64,000 bases of DNA from Bacteroidota bacterium. GTDB lineage: Bacteria > Bacteroidota > Bacteroidia > Chitinophagales > Saprospiraceae. The notes under the pieces were generated by a model. The model saw nothing but the letters and a program-made list of their open reading frames with translations. It did not search any database and was not told the DNA's origin. Shown here piece by piece: positions 27,963 through 38,549 of this stretch (position 1 is its first letter; each line of letters opens with the position of its first letter). Location: NCBI GenBank assembly GCA_041164265.1, contig JBEAPR010000067.1, positions 425 through 64,424 on the forward strand. The letters run 5' to 3'. The translations under genes and the position numbers were made by a program.

Positions 27963-28289
27963 TTAAACAGAAAAGCTTTCCCCACAAGCGCAAGTTCTGG
28001 ATGCGTTGGGATTATTAAAATAAAACCCCTTACCATCAAGGCCACCAGAAAATTCAAGGGTCGTATTACATAGGTAAATGAAACTACTGAGATCGGTTAC
28101 AATTTTAATTTGATTGTCTTCAAAGACCTGATCATGCTCCTTTAATTCTTCGTCAAAAGTCAATTGATAGGTCAAGCCAGAGCAACCTCCACTGGTTACT
28201 TTTACCCTAACAAACATTTCGGGTCCTTTTCCTTCTGAAGATCTGATTTCCTCAATTCTTTTTTTGGCACTTTCAGCGACAAATAACAT
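27963..28289 (-). CDS. erpA: Iron-sulfur cluster insertion protein (HesB/IscA/ErpA family)
   Basis: GGCSGLTY and C-terminal CACGESF Cys ligands. 108 aa. Confidence 0.9.
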   Translation of the reverse strand: MLFVAESAKKRIEEIRSSEGKGPEMFVRVKVTSGGCSGLTYQLTFDEELKEHDQVFEDNQIKIVTDLSSFIYLCNTTLEFSGGLDGKGFYFNNPNASRTCACGESFSV

Positions 28290-28325
28290 AGGATGAAGTT
28301 TTAATTATAAACAAAATGTGTTCTA

Positions 28326-29258
28326 TTAAGGTTGGTTAAACTTAATATTTCGTTTAAGACCACCATATTTTGTTCTTTTCACAGCACTTCCTTCAAATAA
28401 ACCATTAAATTTTTCTTGAGTAAGATTTTCCCAATCTTCTTTTTTCATTGCCTTTAATTGTTCATTTGGCAAAAAAGCTTTTTCAGAATGAGGTTTTGAA
28501 AATTTATTCCAAGGACACACTTCTTGACAGATATCACAACCAAAAATATAATTTTTCATCAATCCTTTAAATTCTTCAGGAATAGGTCGATTTTCTTTTA
28601 ATTCTATGGTTAAGTAGGAGATACACCGCGAGGCATTCATGCGATAACCTGGTTTTTCAATCGCTTCAGTAGGGCAATGGTCAATACAGTTTGTACAAGT
28701 TCCGCAATAATTATCAATGGGACCGTCATAAATTAAGTCTTGGTTGATAAAGATTTCTGCTAAAAAAAAGTAAGAACCCATTTTAGGATGAATCAAAAGC
28801 GTATTTTTCCCTCTCCAACCTAATCCTGCTCGAACAGCCACATCTCTTTCCAGAACTGGTGCTGAATCAACGAAATAACGACCTTCAAGCCCGGGTTGGA
28901 TAAGCTGTAATTGTTGGTAAAAGTCTTTTAATTTCTTTTTAATGATTTTGTGGTAATCTTTTCCCAAAGCATATTGGCTAATCTTATAGTTGGAATTTTC
29001 TGTGGGATTATTTTTAGTAAAATAATTATAGGCGAGACTAATTATGGATTTAGTTCCCGGGACCAGTTGAGTAGGATCTATTCTTTTTTCGCGGTAACGC
29101 TCCAGATAACTCATTTCTCCTTGGTAACCTTGATTGATCCATTGGGTCAATCTATCGGAAGCATCATAAAAGGGAGCTGCATGGGTAATCCCTACAGAGA
29201 GGAAACCTAGTGTTTGGGCCTTTTCTTTTATCCATTCAGTTAATTCCTTTGGACTCAT
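28326..29258 (-). CDS. queG: tRNA epoxyqueuosine(34) reductase QueG
   Basis: Two 4Fe-4S motifs (CGTCTNCIDHCPT, CDICQEVCPWN) in the QueG arrangement, with a conserved N-terminal domain. TAATG overlap with the uvrD stop. Confidence 0.85.
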   Translation of the reverse strand: MSPKELTEWIKEKAQTLGFLSVGITHAAPFYDASDRLTQWINQGYQGEMSYLERYREKRIDPTQLVPGTKSIISLAYNYFTKNNPTENSNYKISQYALGKDYHKIIKKKLKDFYQQLQLIQPGLEGRYFVDSAPVLERDVAVRAGLGWRGKNTLLIHPKMGSYFFLAEIFINQDLIYDGPIDNYCGTCTNCIDHCPTEAIEKPGYRMNASRCISYLTIELKENRPIPEEFKGLMKNYIFGCDICQEVCPWNKFSKPHSEKAFLPNEQLKAMKKEDWENLTQEKFNGLFEGSAVKRTKYGGLKRNIKFNQP

Positions 29259-31549
29259 TATTCCACTATCTGGAGTTTGGCAAATTTCAACATAATTCGT
29301 TTTTCCGGTTGATCCAGATGTTCAAACCGAATGGTAGCGACTTTATTGGCTGCACCACCATCAATAGATTGAACAGTTCCTCTTCCAAATTTTAAATGTA
29401 ATATGTCCATTCCTATTTGAATAGAAGCGGCTGGGCTGGGTTTGAAATTGTTAGGATCAATTCCAAAATCTTGGGAATTAAAGTTGGTTTCTTTTTTAAA
29501 ATACCCTTTAACAGAAGAACCGGTAGCAGTAGTGGTCGTCTCAGAGAAAAGAGAATTGGATTTTGGCTTATTTTCAAAGTGAATCTCGGGAATTTCTTCT
29601 AAGAACCTGCTGGGTTCGTTATATCTCATCTGGCCAAATTTATACCTGCTTGCTGCCCAAGATAGCGTTAATAATTGCTCCGCTCTGGTGATAGCAACAT
29701 AAAAAAGCCGTCTTTCTTCATCTATGTCATCTATTTTTTCTATGGACATAAATGAGGGAAATAGCTTTTCTTCAAGCCCTACGACGAATACAGATTTAAA
29801 TTCTAATCCTTTGGCACTATGCACGGACATGAGGGTAACCCGATCCACCTCTGCTTCCTCTTGATCAAAATCAGTTATTAGGGCAATGTTTTGTAAGTAG
29901 CTAGAGAGGGATTTGTCTGTTAATGTACCTTCTTCATTTTCCTCTACCAAATCATCCTCGACGAATATTTTTATCCCGTCTAATAATGCGTTCAAATTTT
30001 CTAATCTACTTTCACCTTCCGGGGTTTTATCCTTTTTATATTCATCAATAATACCAGATCTTTTGGCAATGAAATATCCTAACTCATACGCATTCAGAGT
30101 AGTAGTTTTGGTATGGAAATCTTGAATAAGGTTGGAAAATTGTAAAAGAGTAGTGGCAGCTCTATTGGAGAGTCCACTCTGATTAATTACTTGAAAAAAT
30201 GGGAGATTCATTGAGGCTGCTTTTTCTGCAAGCTTAGTGAAAGTGGTATTTCCAATATTTCTTTTTGGGAAATTAATGACCCTTCTCAAAGCTTCATCAT
30301 CATTAGGATTGACTGCCAATCTTAGATAGGCCAGCAAATCTTTAATTTCTTTTCTTTGGTAAAAAGATTGACCTCCAAAAACCTTATATGGTATATTGTA
30401 TCTTCTGAGATATTCTTCAAAAATTCTAGATTGTGCATTGGTTCTGTAAAGGATCGCAAAATCTGTATTTTTAAAATGGAGTCTATTTTTTTGTTCTACC
30501 AAATGGTCTACCACTCTTTTACCCTCTTCTGTATCTGCAAGTGCTTTAATGAGTTTGATTTTTTCTCCTTGCCCCTTGTCTGACCATATTTTCTTTTGAA
30601 TTTGTCGAGTATTAAAATTAATAACTTCATTGGCAGCCTGAACAATATGTTCAGTTGACCGGTAATTTTGCTCTAGTTTGAATACCTTTATTCCAAAAGG
30701 TTTGAAGTCTTTTTCGAAATCCAAAATATTTTGAATAGTAGCTCCCCTAAATCCATAAATACTTTGGGCATCATCTCCTACCACACATATATTTCTGGGG
30801 CTCCCTTCATAGTGGCATAATTTTCGAACGATTCCATATTGTAAATGGTTGGTATCTTGAAACTCGTCTACCAAAAGGTATTGGAATTTTTCTCTGTATT
30901 TATCTAAGACATTTTCCGGATTGACTTGAAGTAACTCAAACATCCTATAAAGCAAATCGTCAAAATCCATGGCATCAGACCTTTTGCACCGAGCGACATA
31001 GGCTGCATAGATATCTTTGAAAGCAGGTCTATTATTTTGTTTGTCTTGTAAAAGGAGTTCTTCATTTTTAGTATAAAGGACAGGAGTAATCAAACTGCTT
31101 TTAGCAGATGAAATTCTAGATCTGATGCTGTTCGCATTGTATTGCTCTTTGTTGAGATTCAGTTCCTTAATAATTGAACTGATTAGCGCTTTACTATCAT
31201 CTGTGTCGTATATCGTAAAATTGGAAGAATACCCAATTTGGTGAGCTTCCACTCTAAGTATTCTGGCGAATATGGAGTGAAACGTCCCTGCCCAGACCCT
31301 TTTTGCCGAAGGCCCAACCACCTCTTCTATTCTGGATTTCATCTCTCTTGCCGCTTTGTTGGTAAAAGTGAGGGCCAAAATAGAGTCTGGCCTTATCCCG
31401 CTGTGAATATGGTGTGCAATTCGATAGGTTAATACTCTTGTCTTTCCCGATCCGGGTCCTGCAACTACCAAAACAGGTCCATTAGACTGGGTAACCGCAT
31501 TTTTTTGAACGTCATTCAAAGTGTGTAAGTAATCGGTCGTTCTTTCCAT
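29258..31549 (-). CDS. uvrD: ATP-dependent DNA helicase, UvrD/PcrA/Rep family
   Basis: Helicase motifs GPGSGKTRVLT, LALTFTNKAAREM, LLVDEFQDTN, VGDDAQSIYGFRGA, YRS and SVHSAKGLEF. Confidence 0.9.
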   Translation of the reverse strand: MERTTDYLHTLNDVQKNAVTQSNGPVLVVAGPGSGKTRVLTYRIAHHIHSGIRPDSILALTFTNKAAREMKSRIEEVVGPSAKRVWAGTFHSIFARILRVEAHQIGYSSNFTIYDTDDSKALISSIIKELNLNKEQYNANSIRSRISSAKSSLITPVLYTKNEELLLQDKQNNRPAFKDIYAAYVARCKRSDAMDFDDLLYRMFELLQVNPENVLDKYREKFQYLLVDEFQDTNHLQYGIVRKLCHYEGSPRNICVVGDDAQSIYGFRGATIQNILDFEKDFKPFGIKVFKLEQNYRSTEHIVQAANEVINFNTRQIQKKIWSDKGQGEKIKLIKALADTEEGKRVVDHLVEQKNRLHFKNTDFAILYRTNAQSRIFEEYLRRYNIPYKVFGGQSFYQRKEIKDLLAYLRLAVNPNDDEALRRVINFPKRNIGNTTFTKLAEKAASMNLPFFQVINQSGLSNRAATTLLQFSNLIQDFHTKTTTLNAYELGYFIAKRSGIIDEYKKDKTPEGESRLENLNALLDGIKIFVEDDLVEENEEGTLTDKSLSSYLQNIALITDFDQEEAEVDRVTLMSVHSAKGLEFKSVFVVGLEEKLFPSFMSIEKIDDIDEERRLFYVAITRAEQLLTLSWAASRYKFGQMRYNEPSRFLEEIPEIHFENKPKSNSLFSETTTTATGSSVKGYFKKETNFNSQDFGIDPNNFKPSPAASIQIGMDILHLKFGRGTVQSIDGGAANKVATIRFEHLDQPEKRIMLKFAKLQIVE

Positions 31550-31553
31550 ATTC

Positions 31554-31901
31554 TTATTTTCCTTCCATTTCTAAAGCCTCCCAATAATCTAAAGCCCTTC
31601 TGGTATGGGGAATACAAATAGAACCTCCTACCAGATTAGCTATGGAAAAAACCTCAAAAATTTCTTCCTTGGTTACACCTAAGTTATAACATTTTCCTAA
31701 GTGGTAGGCGATACAATCGTCACATCTTAAAACCATAGAAGCTACCAAACCCATCAATTCTTTGGTTTTGATGGGTAAGGCTCCTTCTTGATAAGCTTGG
31801 TGGTCTAAGCTAAAAAATCGCTGTAGTGTTTTATTGTTTTCCGCCAATAGCGCTTCATTCATTTTAGCTCGGTAGGCATTGAACTCTTTTACTTTGGACA
31901 T
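31554..31901 (-). CDS. Carboxymuconolactone decarboxylase (AhpD-like) family protein
   Basis: CMD-type CxxC block VLRCDDCIAYH. About 115 aa. Confidence 0.75.
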   Translation of the reverse strand: MSKVKEFNAYRAKMNEALLAENNKTLQRFFSLDHQAYQEGALPIKTKELMGLVASMVLRCDDCIAYHLGKCYNLGVTKEEIFEVFSIANLVGGSICIPHTRRALDYWEALEMEGK

Positions 31902-31924
31902 TTTTTAGTCACAAAGTTAACCAT

Positions 31925-32752
31925 TTAATAAGTGGATGCATACAATTCTTCAACCGAAACTCCTTCACTTGGCATTCTTAAAGTTTGGGTATGAATCAAT
32001 TGATTTCCTGAGAATAAATTGGTGATTAACCATTCCCTTTGAACCTCTATCCAGGCTCCATTTTCAATAATATCATCATTCCAAGTGATTAAAAAACTCG
32101 ATTCAATTTCTACCAAATTCCGTTGATCTTTTTCAGTTTGCCAATACCCATCTAAATCAATTTTTGGATAACCAGTTTGATCTGGATGAATAGATTCGTT
32201 CTTTAATAATGTAGTGGATTCAATTCCATCTTTACTATCAGGTAGCCTCAATTGATCTAGAGTAGGAAAGGGAGTTGAATTAAGGGGAGGAAAATTACTG
32301 ACGTCTTCTTGTTCATTATTGATGAGCACATTATTGAACATACGGATATTACTGAGCATGACAGATATGGCCTTTGTTTTCACTCCTTCAATTGAAAGAT
32401 CTAAGATATCGCCTTTCGACAGTTTGTCACTTAAGTAAAAATGATAGAATGGTTTTTTATTGGGTAATTTCACTCCATTAACTAGAACCGTTAGCTCAGC
32501 TTCAATGTTACCATCAGTATCCCAGTTAAAGGAGAGGTAACCATTATCTGGCACGGTAATACTTGTAGTAACTACATTAGAATGATTATTGACCAATATG
32601 GCCTTATCACCAACAATCGAGGAGGAAGGGCCAATAGGGATAATAGGATTGTGAAAAGGTATGGCTTGAACAGACGAAGTGACCCAAGCGAATCCCAATC
32701 CAAAAAGTAAGAAGATTTTTTTTGTTCTCATGATGCAGTTTTTACATTTCAC
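31925..32752 (-). CDS. Hypothetical secreted protein
   Basis: Signal peptide (KKIFLLFGLGFAWVTSSVQA). The true start may be the Met at 32731. No recognisable domain. Confidence 0.5.
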   Translation of the reverse strand: MKCKNCIMRTKKIFLLFGLGFAWVTSSVQAIPFHNPIIPIGPSSSIVGDKAILVNNHSNVVTTSITVPDNGYLSFNWDTDGNIEAELTVLVNGVKLPNKKPFYHFYLSDKLSKGDILDLSIEGVKTKAISVMLSNIRMFNNVLINNEQEDVSNFPPLNSTPFPTLDQLRLPDSKDGIESTTLLKNESIHPDQTGYPKIDLDGYWQTEKDQRNLVEIESSFLITWNDDIIENGAWIEVQREWLITNLFSGNQLIHTQTLRMPSEGVSVEELYASTY

Positions 32753-32884
32753 GAGTCAAGAATTAAGCCAAAATGGATTCACTTTTTGGCTATATATCAG
32801 TTTATTAAAAAACAATTATGTAAGAAATTGATGCTTAATTTTTAAGGCCAACACATTAAACAAAAAAAAATAGATAATAATTTG

Positions 32885-33361
32885 ATGAAGGTAACAAAGT
32901 GGTATACAGAACATAAAGTAAAGGGAAGTATAGAGGAGGTATGGAAGTTTTTTAGCCATCCTGCTAATCTTGATCAACTGACGCCAAAGGAGGTTAATTT
33001 TTCTATTAAATCTATTTCAGGTGAGGGGCCTATGTATCCTGGAATGTTGGTTCAATATCAAATAAGGCCCTTTAAATGGATTCCTGTCAATTTTTTTTGG
33101 GTGGCAGAGATTAAGCAAGTCCAACCACCGAATCGCTTTATCGATGAACAGCGATATGGTCCTTTCGCATTTTGGTACCATGAACATGCATTCGAGGCTG
33201 TAGCGGATGGGGTTATAATAAAAGATATTTTACATTACAGGGTTCCTTTAGGATTTTTGGGTAAATTAATCGATCGGTTAGTCATTCGGTTTGCTATAAA
33301 ACGTATTTTTAGTACACGTACAGATATACTTCATGAATATTTTCAAAATTTAGAAAAATGA
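32885..33361 (+). CDS. SRPBCC-superfamily (START/Bet v1-like) protein
   Basis: About 158 aa, with blocks FFSHPANLDQLTP, FIDEQRYGPFAFWYHEH and F typical of SRPBCC proteins. ATGA overlap with the next gene. Confidence 0.6.
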   Translation: MKVTKWYTEHKVKGSIEEVWKFFSHPANLDQLTPKEVNFSIKSISGEGPMYPGMLVQYQIRPFKWIPVNFFWVAEIKQVQPPNRFIDEQRYGPFAFWYHEHAFEAVADGVIIKDILHYRVPLGFLGKLIDRLVIRFAIKRIFSTRTDILHEYFQNLEK

Positions 33362-36069
33362 AAGGCTTGATTTATTCCACTTTGGTTTTTTTTATGGGCA
33401 CGTTATGGATGAATGCTCAAACTAAGAAACCACTTGATCACCAATCTTTTGATATTTGGAATGAAATAGAAAATACCCAAATTTCAAATGACGGTAATTG
33501 GGTATCCTATGAGCTTCAGCCTGGTAAAGGAAATTCCAATTTAGGTTTATACAATGGTAAAAATGGTACAACGGTCCTTTTTGAAAGAGGAAGTGAGGCG
33601 GTATTTACCTCTGATAATGAATATTTAATTTTCAAAGTTGTTCCCGATGCAGATACTATAGCCTTTTTGAAGAAGCAAGAAATAGAAAAGGAAAATTTAC
33701 CATCAGACACTTTAGTGGTATTTAATTTGAATTCAGGAGAGCAGATTAGAATTGGTGCATTAAAAAAATATTATTGTTCGCCTTATTGGAAGGAGGGTAT
33801 GTTATTCGAGTCTCAAGATTCTTTGAAGTGGATGCACTTTAAAACTAAAAAGGTGGGAAGTTTAGGAACCATTGATGAAGTGGCTATTTCTAAGGAGAAA
33901 GAAAAAGCGCTGCTCGCACGTGAGAATAGTGATTCTGTTCAAAAAGCTGGAATTTTTTTGTGGGAAGCATTTAAGGATTCCGTAGCCATTCGTCCAATTC
34001 ATTTAGTATCTGGTTCCTATGAGCAGCTGACTTTTGGTGATAATGGAAATGCTTTTGCTTTTCTTTTGGATACAGCAGGGTTAGAATTCAAACCTGATTA
34101 TTCCTTGTATTATGGATATTCTAATAAACCGGGATTAATGGAATTGAAGAAAGATTCTATTTTACAGTTGCCAAATGATTGGGGAATAAGTAAACATGGA
34201 AAAATGACGATTGGGTCTAACGACCAAAAAATATTTTTTGGAACTAGTCCTATACCAATAGTAGAGGATCCTGATGATGAAAATAAAGTAAGTGTGGAGG
34301 TTTGGACCTGGAATGATCCAGTATTGTATACCAGACAAGAAAGTTCTTTAAAAAGAGATAGGGAAAAAACTTTTGGTGCGGTAGTTTTTTTAGAAAGTAA
34401 TAGCGGGAGACAATTGGCCTTTGATTCCATACCTCATATGGAAATCATCAATGAGGGGAAAAGCGAGCTAGTTCTATTATGGGCTGATGAAGCGTATCAA
34501 TCTTCTTATGATTATTTAGGAGGACCTGTTTCTAAGGATGTTTACCTGAAAAATATCAAAACTGGAGAATTAGAAAATGTGGCTACTGGGTTAAGAGGTA
34601 CTCCAAGACCATCACCTGCTGGAAAGTTTTTGTATTGGTATGCTTATGAGGATAGTTTATGGATGGCATATCGCATAGCGGACAGTAAACTACTCAAAAT
34701 TGCTGCTAATGAGAATATTCAATTTTATAGAGTTGATGATGATCATCCGGATTTTCCACCTCCTTATGGAATGGCAGGCTGGACTACTTCTGATGATTTT
34801 ATTTTACTTTATGATCAATATGATGTTTGGATGCTGGACCCTTCCGGAAGTTTAAAGCCCAATAATCTATCCAATGGAAGAAAAGACCGAAAAATCGCGA
34901 GGTATATTCAAGTTGATCCCGAGCAAAAAGCGATTGAGGAGGTAGCACCTATGTTATTACATTTTGTAGAAGAGGATACTAGAAAAGAAGGCTACAAATG
35001 GTATAACTTACATACAGGGGTTAAAGATATTGTTAAAGAAGGATCTTTCAAATTGATGCCGCGTCCACTCAAGGCAAAGAATGCTGATAAATGGGTGTTT
35101 ACTCGAGAAAATTATCAGACTTTCCCCAATTTGATTTACAGTGATAGGCTGACTACGGAATCTATTATTACTAATGCCAATCCTCAGCAAGAGGAATATT
35201 CGTGGGGTACCATAGAGCATTTCTATTGGACGGGTACGAATGGAGAAAAGCTCCGTGGACTCTTGGCTAAACCAGACAATTTTGATCCTAAGGTGAAGTA
35301 CCCAATGATTGTTAATTTTTATGAAAAAAGTTCTGATGCCTTATTTAATCATAGAGCACCTTTCCCTCATAGATCTCAAATTAACTATACCTTTTATACG
35401 AGCAGAGGGTATTTGGTTTTTAATCCTGACATTCCCTATGAAATTGGGTATCCAGGTGAAAGTGCATATAATGCAGTAGTGTCCGGGACCATTGCATTAA
35501 TTGACAAAGGATTTGTGAATGCTGCTAAAATTGGAATTCAAGGGCATAGTTGGGGAGGATACCAAATCGCTCATCTTTTAACTAAAACTTCCTTGTTTGC
35601 ATGTGCGGAATCTGGTGCACCAGTAGTTAATATGTTTTCTGCTTATGGGGGAATAAGATGGGGAACAGGTATGAGTCGCCAGTTTCAATACGAACACACC
35701 CAGAGCAGAATTGGAGGCACGATTTGGGAATATCCAATGCGGTTTTGGGAAAATTCACCCCTGTTTTTCTTAGATAAAGTGAATACCCCTGTTTTAATCT
35801 TACATAATGATGAAGATGCTGCTGTTCCATGGTATCAAGGTATAGAGTATTTTATGGGTCTTAGAAGATTGGGTAAGCCAGCTTGGTTACTCAATTATAA
35901 TGGAGAACCTCATTGGCCAGTTAAAAGGAAAAATAGATTAGATTTTCAATTGAGAATGCAACAATTTTTTGATCATTATCTTCAGGATGCGCCTAAACCT
36001 TTATGGATGGAAAAAGGAGTGCCTGCAATTGAAAAAGGGATCCATCAAAATTTGGAGCTAAAGAAATAG
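33358..36069 (+). CDS. S9-family serine peptidase (prolyl oligopeptidase/acylaminoacyl peptidase type) with N-terminal beta-propeller
   Basis: Signal peptide. Long WD/propeller-like N-terminal region. Catalytic block GIQGHSWGGY (GxSxGG), later HNDEDAAVPW (Asp) and GEPHWP (His). Confidence 0.85.
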   Translation: MKGLIYSTLVFFMGTLWMNAQTKKPLDHQSFDIWNEIENTQISNDGNWVSYELQPGKGNSNLGLYNGKNGTTVLFERGSEAVFTSDNEYLIFKVVPDADTIAFLKKQEIEKENLPSDTLVVFNLNSGEQIRIGALKKYYCSPYWKEGMLFESQDSLKWMHFKTKKVGSLGTIDEVAISKEKEKALLARENSDSVQKAGIFLWEAFKDSVAIRPIHLVSGSYEQLTFGDNGNAFAFLLDTAGLEFKPDYSLYYGYSNKPGLMELKKDSILQLPNDWGISKHGKMTIGSNDQKIFFGTSPIPIVEDPDDENKVSVEVWTWNDPVLYTRQESSLKRDREKTFGAVVFLESNSGRQLAFDSIPHMEIINEGKSELVLLWADEAYQSSYDYLGGPVSKDVYLKNIKTGELENVATGLRGTPRPSPAGKFLYWYAYEDSLWMAYRIADSKLLKIAANENIQFYRVDDDHPDFPPPYGMAGWTTSDDFILLYDQYDVWMLDPSGSLKPNNLSNGRKDRKIARYIQVDPEQKAIEEVAPMLLHFVEEDTRKEGYKWYNLHTGVKDIVKEGSFKLMPRPLKAKNADKWVFTRENYQTFPNLIYSDRLTTESIITNANPQQEEYSWGTIEHFYWTGTNGEKLRGLLAKPDNFDPKVKYPMIVNFYEKSSDALFNHRAPFPHRSQINYTFYTSRGYLVFNPDIPYEIGYPGESAYNAVVSGTIALIDKGFVNAAKIGIQGHSWGGYQIAHLLTKTSLFACAESGAPVVNMFSAYGGIRWGTGMSRQFQYEHTQSRIGGTIWEYPMRFWENSPLFFLDKVNTPVLILHNDEDAAVPWYQGIEYFMGLRRLGKPAWLLNYNGEPHWPVKRKNRLDFQLRMQQFFDHYLQDAPKPLWMEKGVPAIEKGIHQNLELKK

Positions 36070-36168
36070 AAATAGTATAGACGGGTGACATTTGTCATAA
36101 TTTGAGGTTAACGGTTTAACTAACTTTGTCTAAATAGGTGGTTAATAGCTACCCGTAATTTTCTATTA

Positions 36169-36426
36169 ATGAATAAAAAGTTGTTGGTATTTGGCGTAGG
36201 TAGTTCTTTAGACAAGGATTTAATGAAAGCTATTGAAGAAGCGGTAAATGAGTTAAATATAACGGTGGATTTAAAAACCTTTTCTGATATCCAAAGTTTT
36301 TTGAGTTATAAAATCTCAGCTATACCTGCATTGATAGTAGAAGATGAAATTGTAGTTCATGGCAGAGTACCGAGTGTGTCGGAATTGAAAGCTTATTTAA
36401 CTACCGATCAGGAGGTTTCCAATTAA
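36169..36426 (+). CDS. Thioredoxin-fold (Thioredoxin_3/MTH895-like) small protein lacking the CxxC motif
   Basis: Layout LLVFGVGSSLDKDLMKAIEEAV...IPALIVEDEIVVHGRVPS matches the small Trx-like family, but Ser and Asp replace both cysteines of G-C-x-x-C. Confidence 0.5.
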   Translation: MNKKLLVFGVGSSLDKDLMKAIEEAVNELNITVDLKTFSDIQSFLSYKISAIPALIVEDEIVVHGRVPSVSELKAYLTTDQEVSN

Positions 36427-36452
36427 AATTAATTTGGTAAATTGTGTAGGCT

Positions 36453-37289
36453 ATGAAAAGAATTTTATTTCCTACTGATTTTTCAGAAAGTGCGCATAAT
36501 GCATTCTATTACGCATTGAGACTAGCTCATAAGTTTGAGGCATCTATTACAGTATTGCATATTTTCCATAAACCCGAAATTCGTTCACTGTATGTACCTA
36601 AGGCTTTAGAAGATTTTTACAAATCTTATGACCTCCAACAATTTGCTAATTTCAAAGATAAAATTCCAGTTCTAAATAATTTGGCAGAGGAAAAAGGTTT
36701 TGGTCACATACCTATTAACTATGCTCTTAAAGAAGGGAACAATGAGGTAGACCTCATCATTTCTTTTGCGGAAAATCAAAGTTTTGACCAAATCATTATG
36801 GGAACAACTGGTGCGGGTTTTTTAAAAGAGGTGTTTCTGGGAAGTATAGCTGGAGAAGTTCTTGAAAATGCAACTTGTCCAGTTTTAACAGTTCCTGTGG
36901 AAGCTCAATTTGATGGACATATTAATCGCATGGCTTTTGCATCGGATTTTAGTGATTATTCCCTGCAACAATTACCTAAGGCTATAAGCTTTGCTAAAAC
37001 CTTTGAGGCTCAATTATATGTTTTGAATGTCGATATGTCGCATACTGCTGAATTTTCTCAAAAGATTTCTAATATCAAAGATGCCTATTTGAAAGAACCT
37101 CATTTATATGTAGAAATTCTATCAGGTAATGATGTTAGTGATACTTTGAGTAATTATCTGGCAGAAAATGCTATTGATTTTCTTTTAATGGCTACTCATA
37201 AGAGAAATTGGTTAGCGGAAATGTTCCAGTACAGCAGAACTAAGAATATGGCTGTTCATAGCAATGTTCCTGTTATGGCACTTAAATAA
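36453..37289 (+). CDS. Universal stress protein (tandem UspA domains)
   Basis: ILFPTDFSESAHNAFYYAL, IIMGTTGAGFLKEVFLGSIAGEVLENATCPVLTVP, and a second repeat ending VPVMALK. Confidence 0.85.
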   Translation: MKRILFPTDFSESAHNAFYYALRLAHKFEASITVLHIFHKPEIRSLYVPKALEDFYKSYDLQQFANFKDKIPVLNNLAEEKGFGHIPINYALKEGNNEVDLIISFAENQSFDQIIMGTTGAGFLKEVFLGSIAGEVLENATCPVLTVPVEAQFDGHINRMAFASDFSDYSLQQLPKAISFAKTFEAQLYVLNVDMSHTAEFSQKISNIKDAYLKEPHLYVEILSGNDVSDTLSNYLAENAIDFLLMATHKRNWLAEMFQYSRTKNMAVHSNVPVMALK

Positions 37290-37365
37290 GCCAATTAAAG
37301 TTTTGTTAAATATCCAAAAAGGAAAAGAAGAGACAAAATTTTACGTTATAAACTAAAAACTAACC

Positions 37366-37962
37366 ATGAACAGAACAAGAATTATAATGCTCCTATTGGT
37401 AGCCACTTTTTGTTTGCCTTTTTTAACAAAGGGACAGATTAAAATTAATCCTAAATTAGGCGTTAACGCTTCCAATTTGGAAACTGATATTAGAGATTTG
37501 ACAGCTGAAGCTCGAGTCGGGTGGAATTTAGGTCTAGACCTTAGAATGGGAGGTGGCATGTTCTTCTTTAATCCAGGTATTCATTATTATAGTTTTGCTG
37601 CTGATTTAACTCCCAATATTACATCTCAAACAAATTTTGATGTGAGAAATCAGACCACTATTCAAAATATAAAGGTTCCTGTCAATATTGGAATTAACTT
37701 AACCGGAAGTGGTGGATTGTTAAATATTTGGGTCAAAGGAGGAGGTTCTGCCAATTTTTTTGGTGGTGTTAAACAAGTCGATGGGTCTTCTTTGGTATCT
37801 GATGATTTTTCGAAAGTAAATTTCGGCTTGAATTTAGGGGTTGGTGTGGATGTTTTGCTTTTCACCATTGATGCAACTTATGAATTAGGTCAAACTAATT
37901 TCTTCGCTGAAGGTGATAGCCGTAATAATATGTTAACCGTTAGTGCCGGAATTAAATTTTAG
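37366..37962 (+). CDS. Small outer-membrane beta-barrel (porin-family) protein
   Basis: Signal peptide. Alternating-strand pattern. C-terminal SAGIKF. Confidence 0.7.
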   Translation: MNRTRIIMLLLVATFCLPFLTKGQIKINPKLGVNASNLETDIRDLTAEARVGWNLGLDLRMGGGMFFFNPGIHYYSFAADLTPNITSQTNFDVRNQTTIQNIKVPVNIGINLTGSGGLLNIWVKGGGSANFFGGVKQVDGSSLVSDDFSKVNFGLNLGVGVDVLLFTIDATYELGQTNFFAEGDSRNNMLTVSAGIKF

Positions 37963-37991
37963 GAATCTTTTATTGTAATATTTCTTTTAAC

Positions 37992-38034
37992 AAAAGGCAT
38001 TACTTGAATTATCAGGTAATGCCTTTTGTTTTAT
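37992..38034 (+). terminator. Rho-independent terminator
   Basis: AAAAGGCATTAC...GTAATGCCTTTT, a 12-bp perfect stem (extendable), followed by GTTTTATATTT. Confidence 0.8.
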
Positions 38035-38234
38035 ATTTAAAAAATAGTAAATCAATTATTTATATATATTATTTTTTATTTCAAACCCTTCAACTGATAG
38101 TTTTTTTTAAATTTATCACATCACTCATATTGTAAAAAAAATTAATATTGTATCTTTGAATTGCACTTTTAAAACAGGTGTTCATCCCCCACATTTTTAA
38201 AATAATTTCAGTATTTTTTATTGAGCAACAATAG

Positions 38235-38549
38235 ATGAGCACTCAGAACACTATTTCTATTTCCGGTAAAAACAAAATTGACACAGCGCTAACGGTGTTA
38301 AAAGTTCTCAACAAGGAAATGATAAAAAAAATAATTTTTTACTTTTCAAATTCTGGTTCAGCTACTATAGAAGAACTCGTTGAATATTCAGGTTGGTCCC
38401 AAGAAAAAGTAAAACGCCTCTTAAATCAATTACTAAAGATTAAGGTCATTTATTTGAAAGACAAATTCTATCTGGATTACGGTAGAATGGAAGAAATCTT
38501 TAGAATTGCTAAACTTTTAGGTAATTATCCTAAGTCCATTCCTGAATAA
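38235..38549 (+). CDS. Hypothetical small protein, possible winged-helix DNA-binding fold
   Basis: The segment SATIEELVEYSGWSQEKVKRLLNQLLKIKVI looks like an HTH. There is no further support. The 3' end overlaps the convergent gene by 25 nt. Confidence 0.35.
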   Translation: MSTQNTISISGKNKIDTALTVLKVLNKEMIKKIIFYFSNSGSATIEELVEYSGWSQEKVKRLLNQLLKIKVIYLKDKFYLDYGRMEEIFRIAKLLGNYPKSIPE

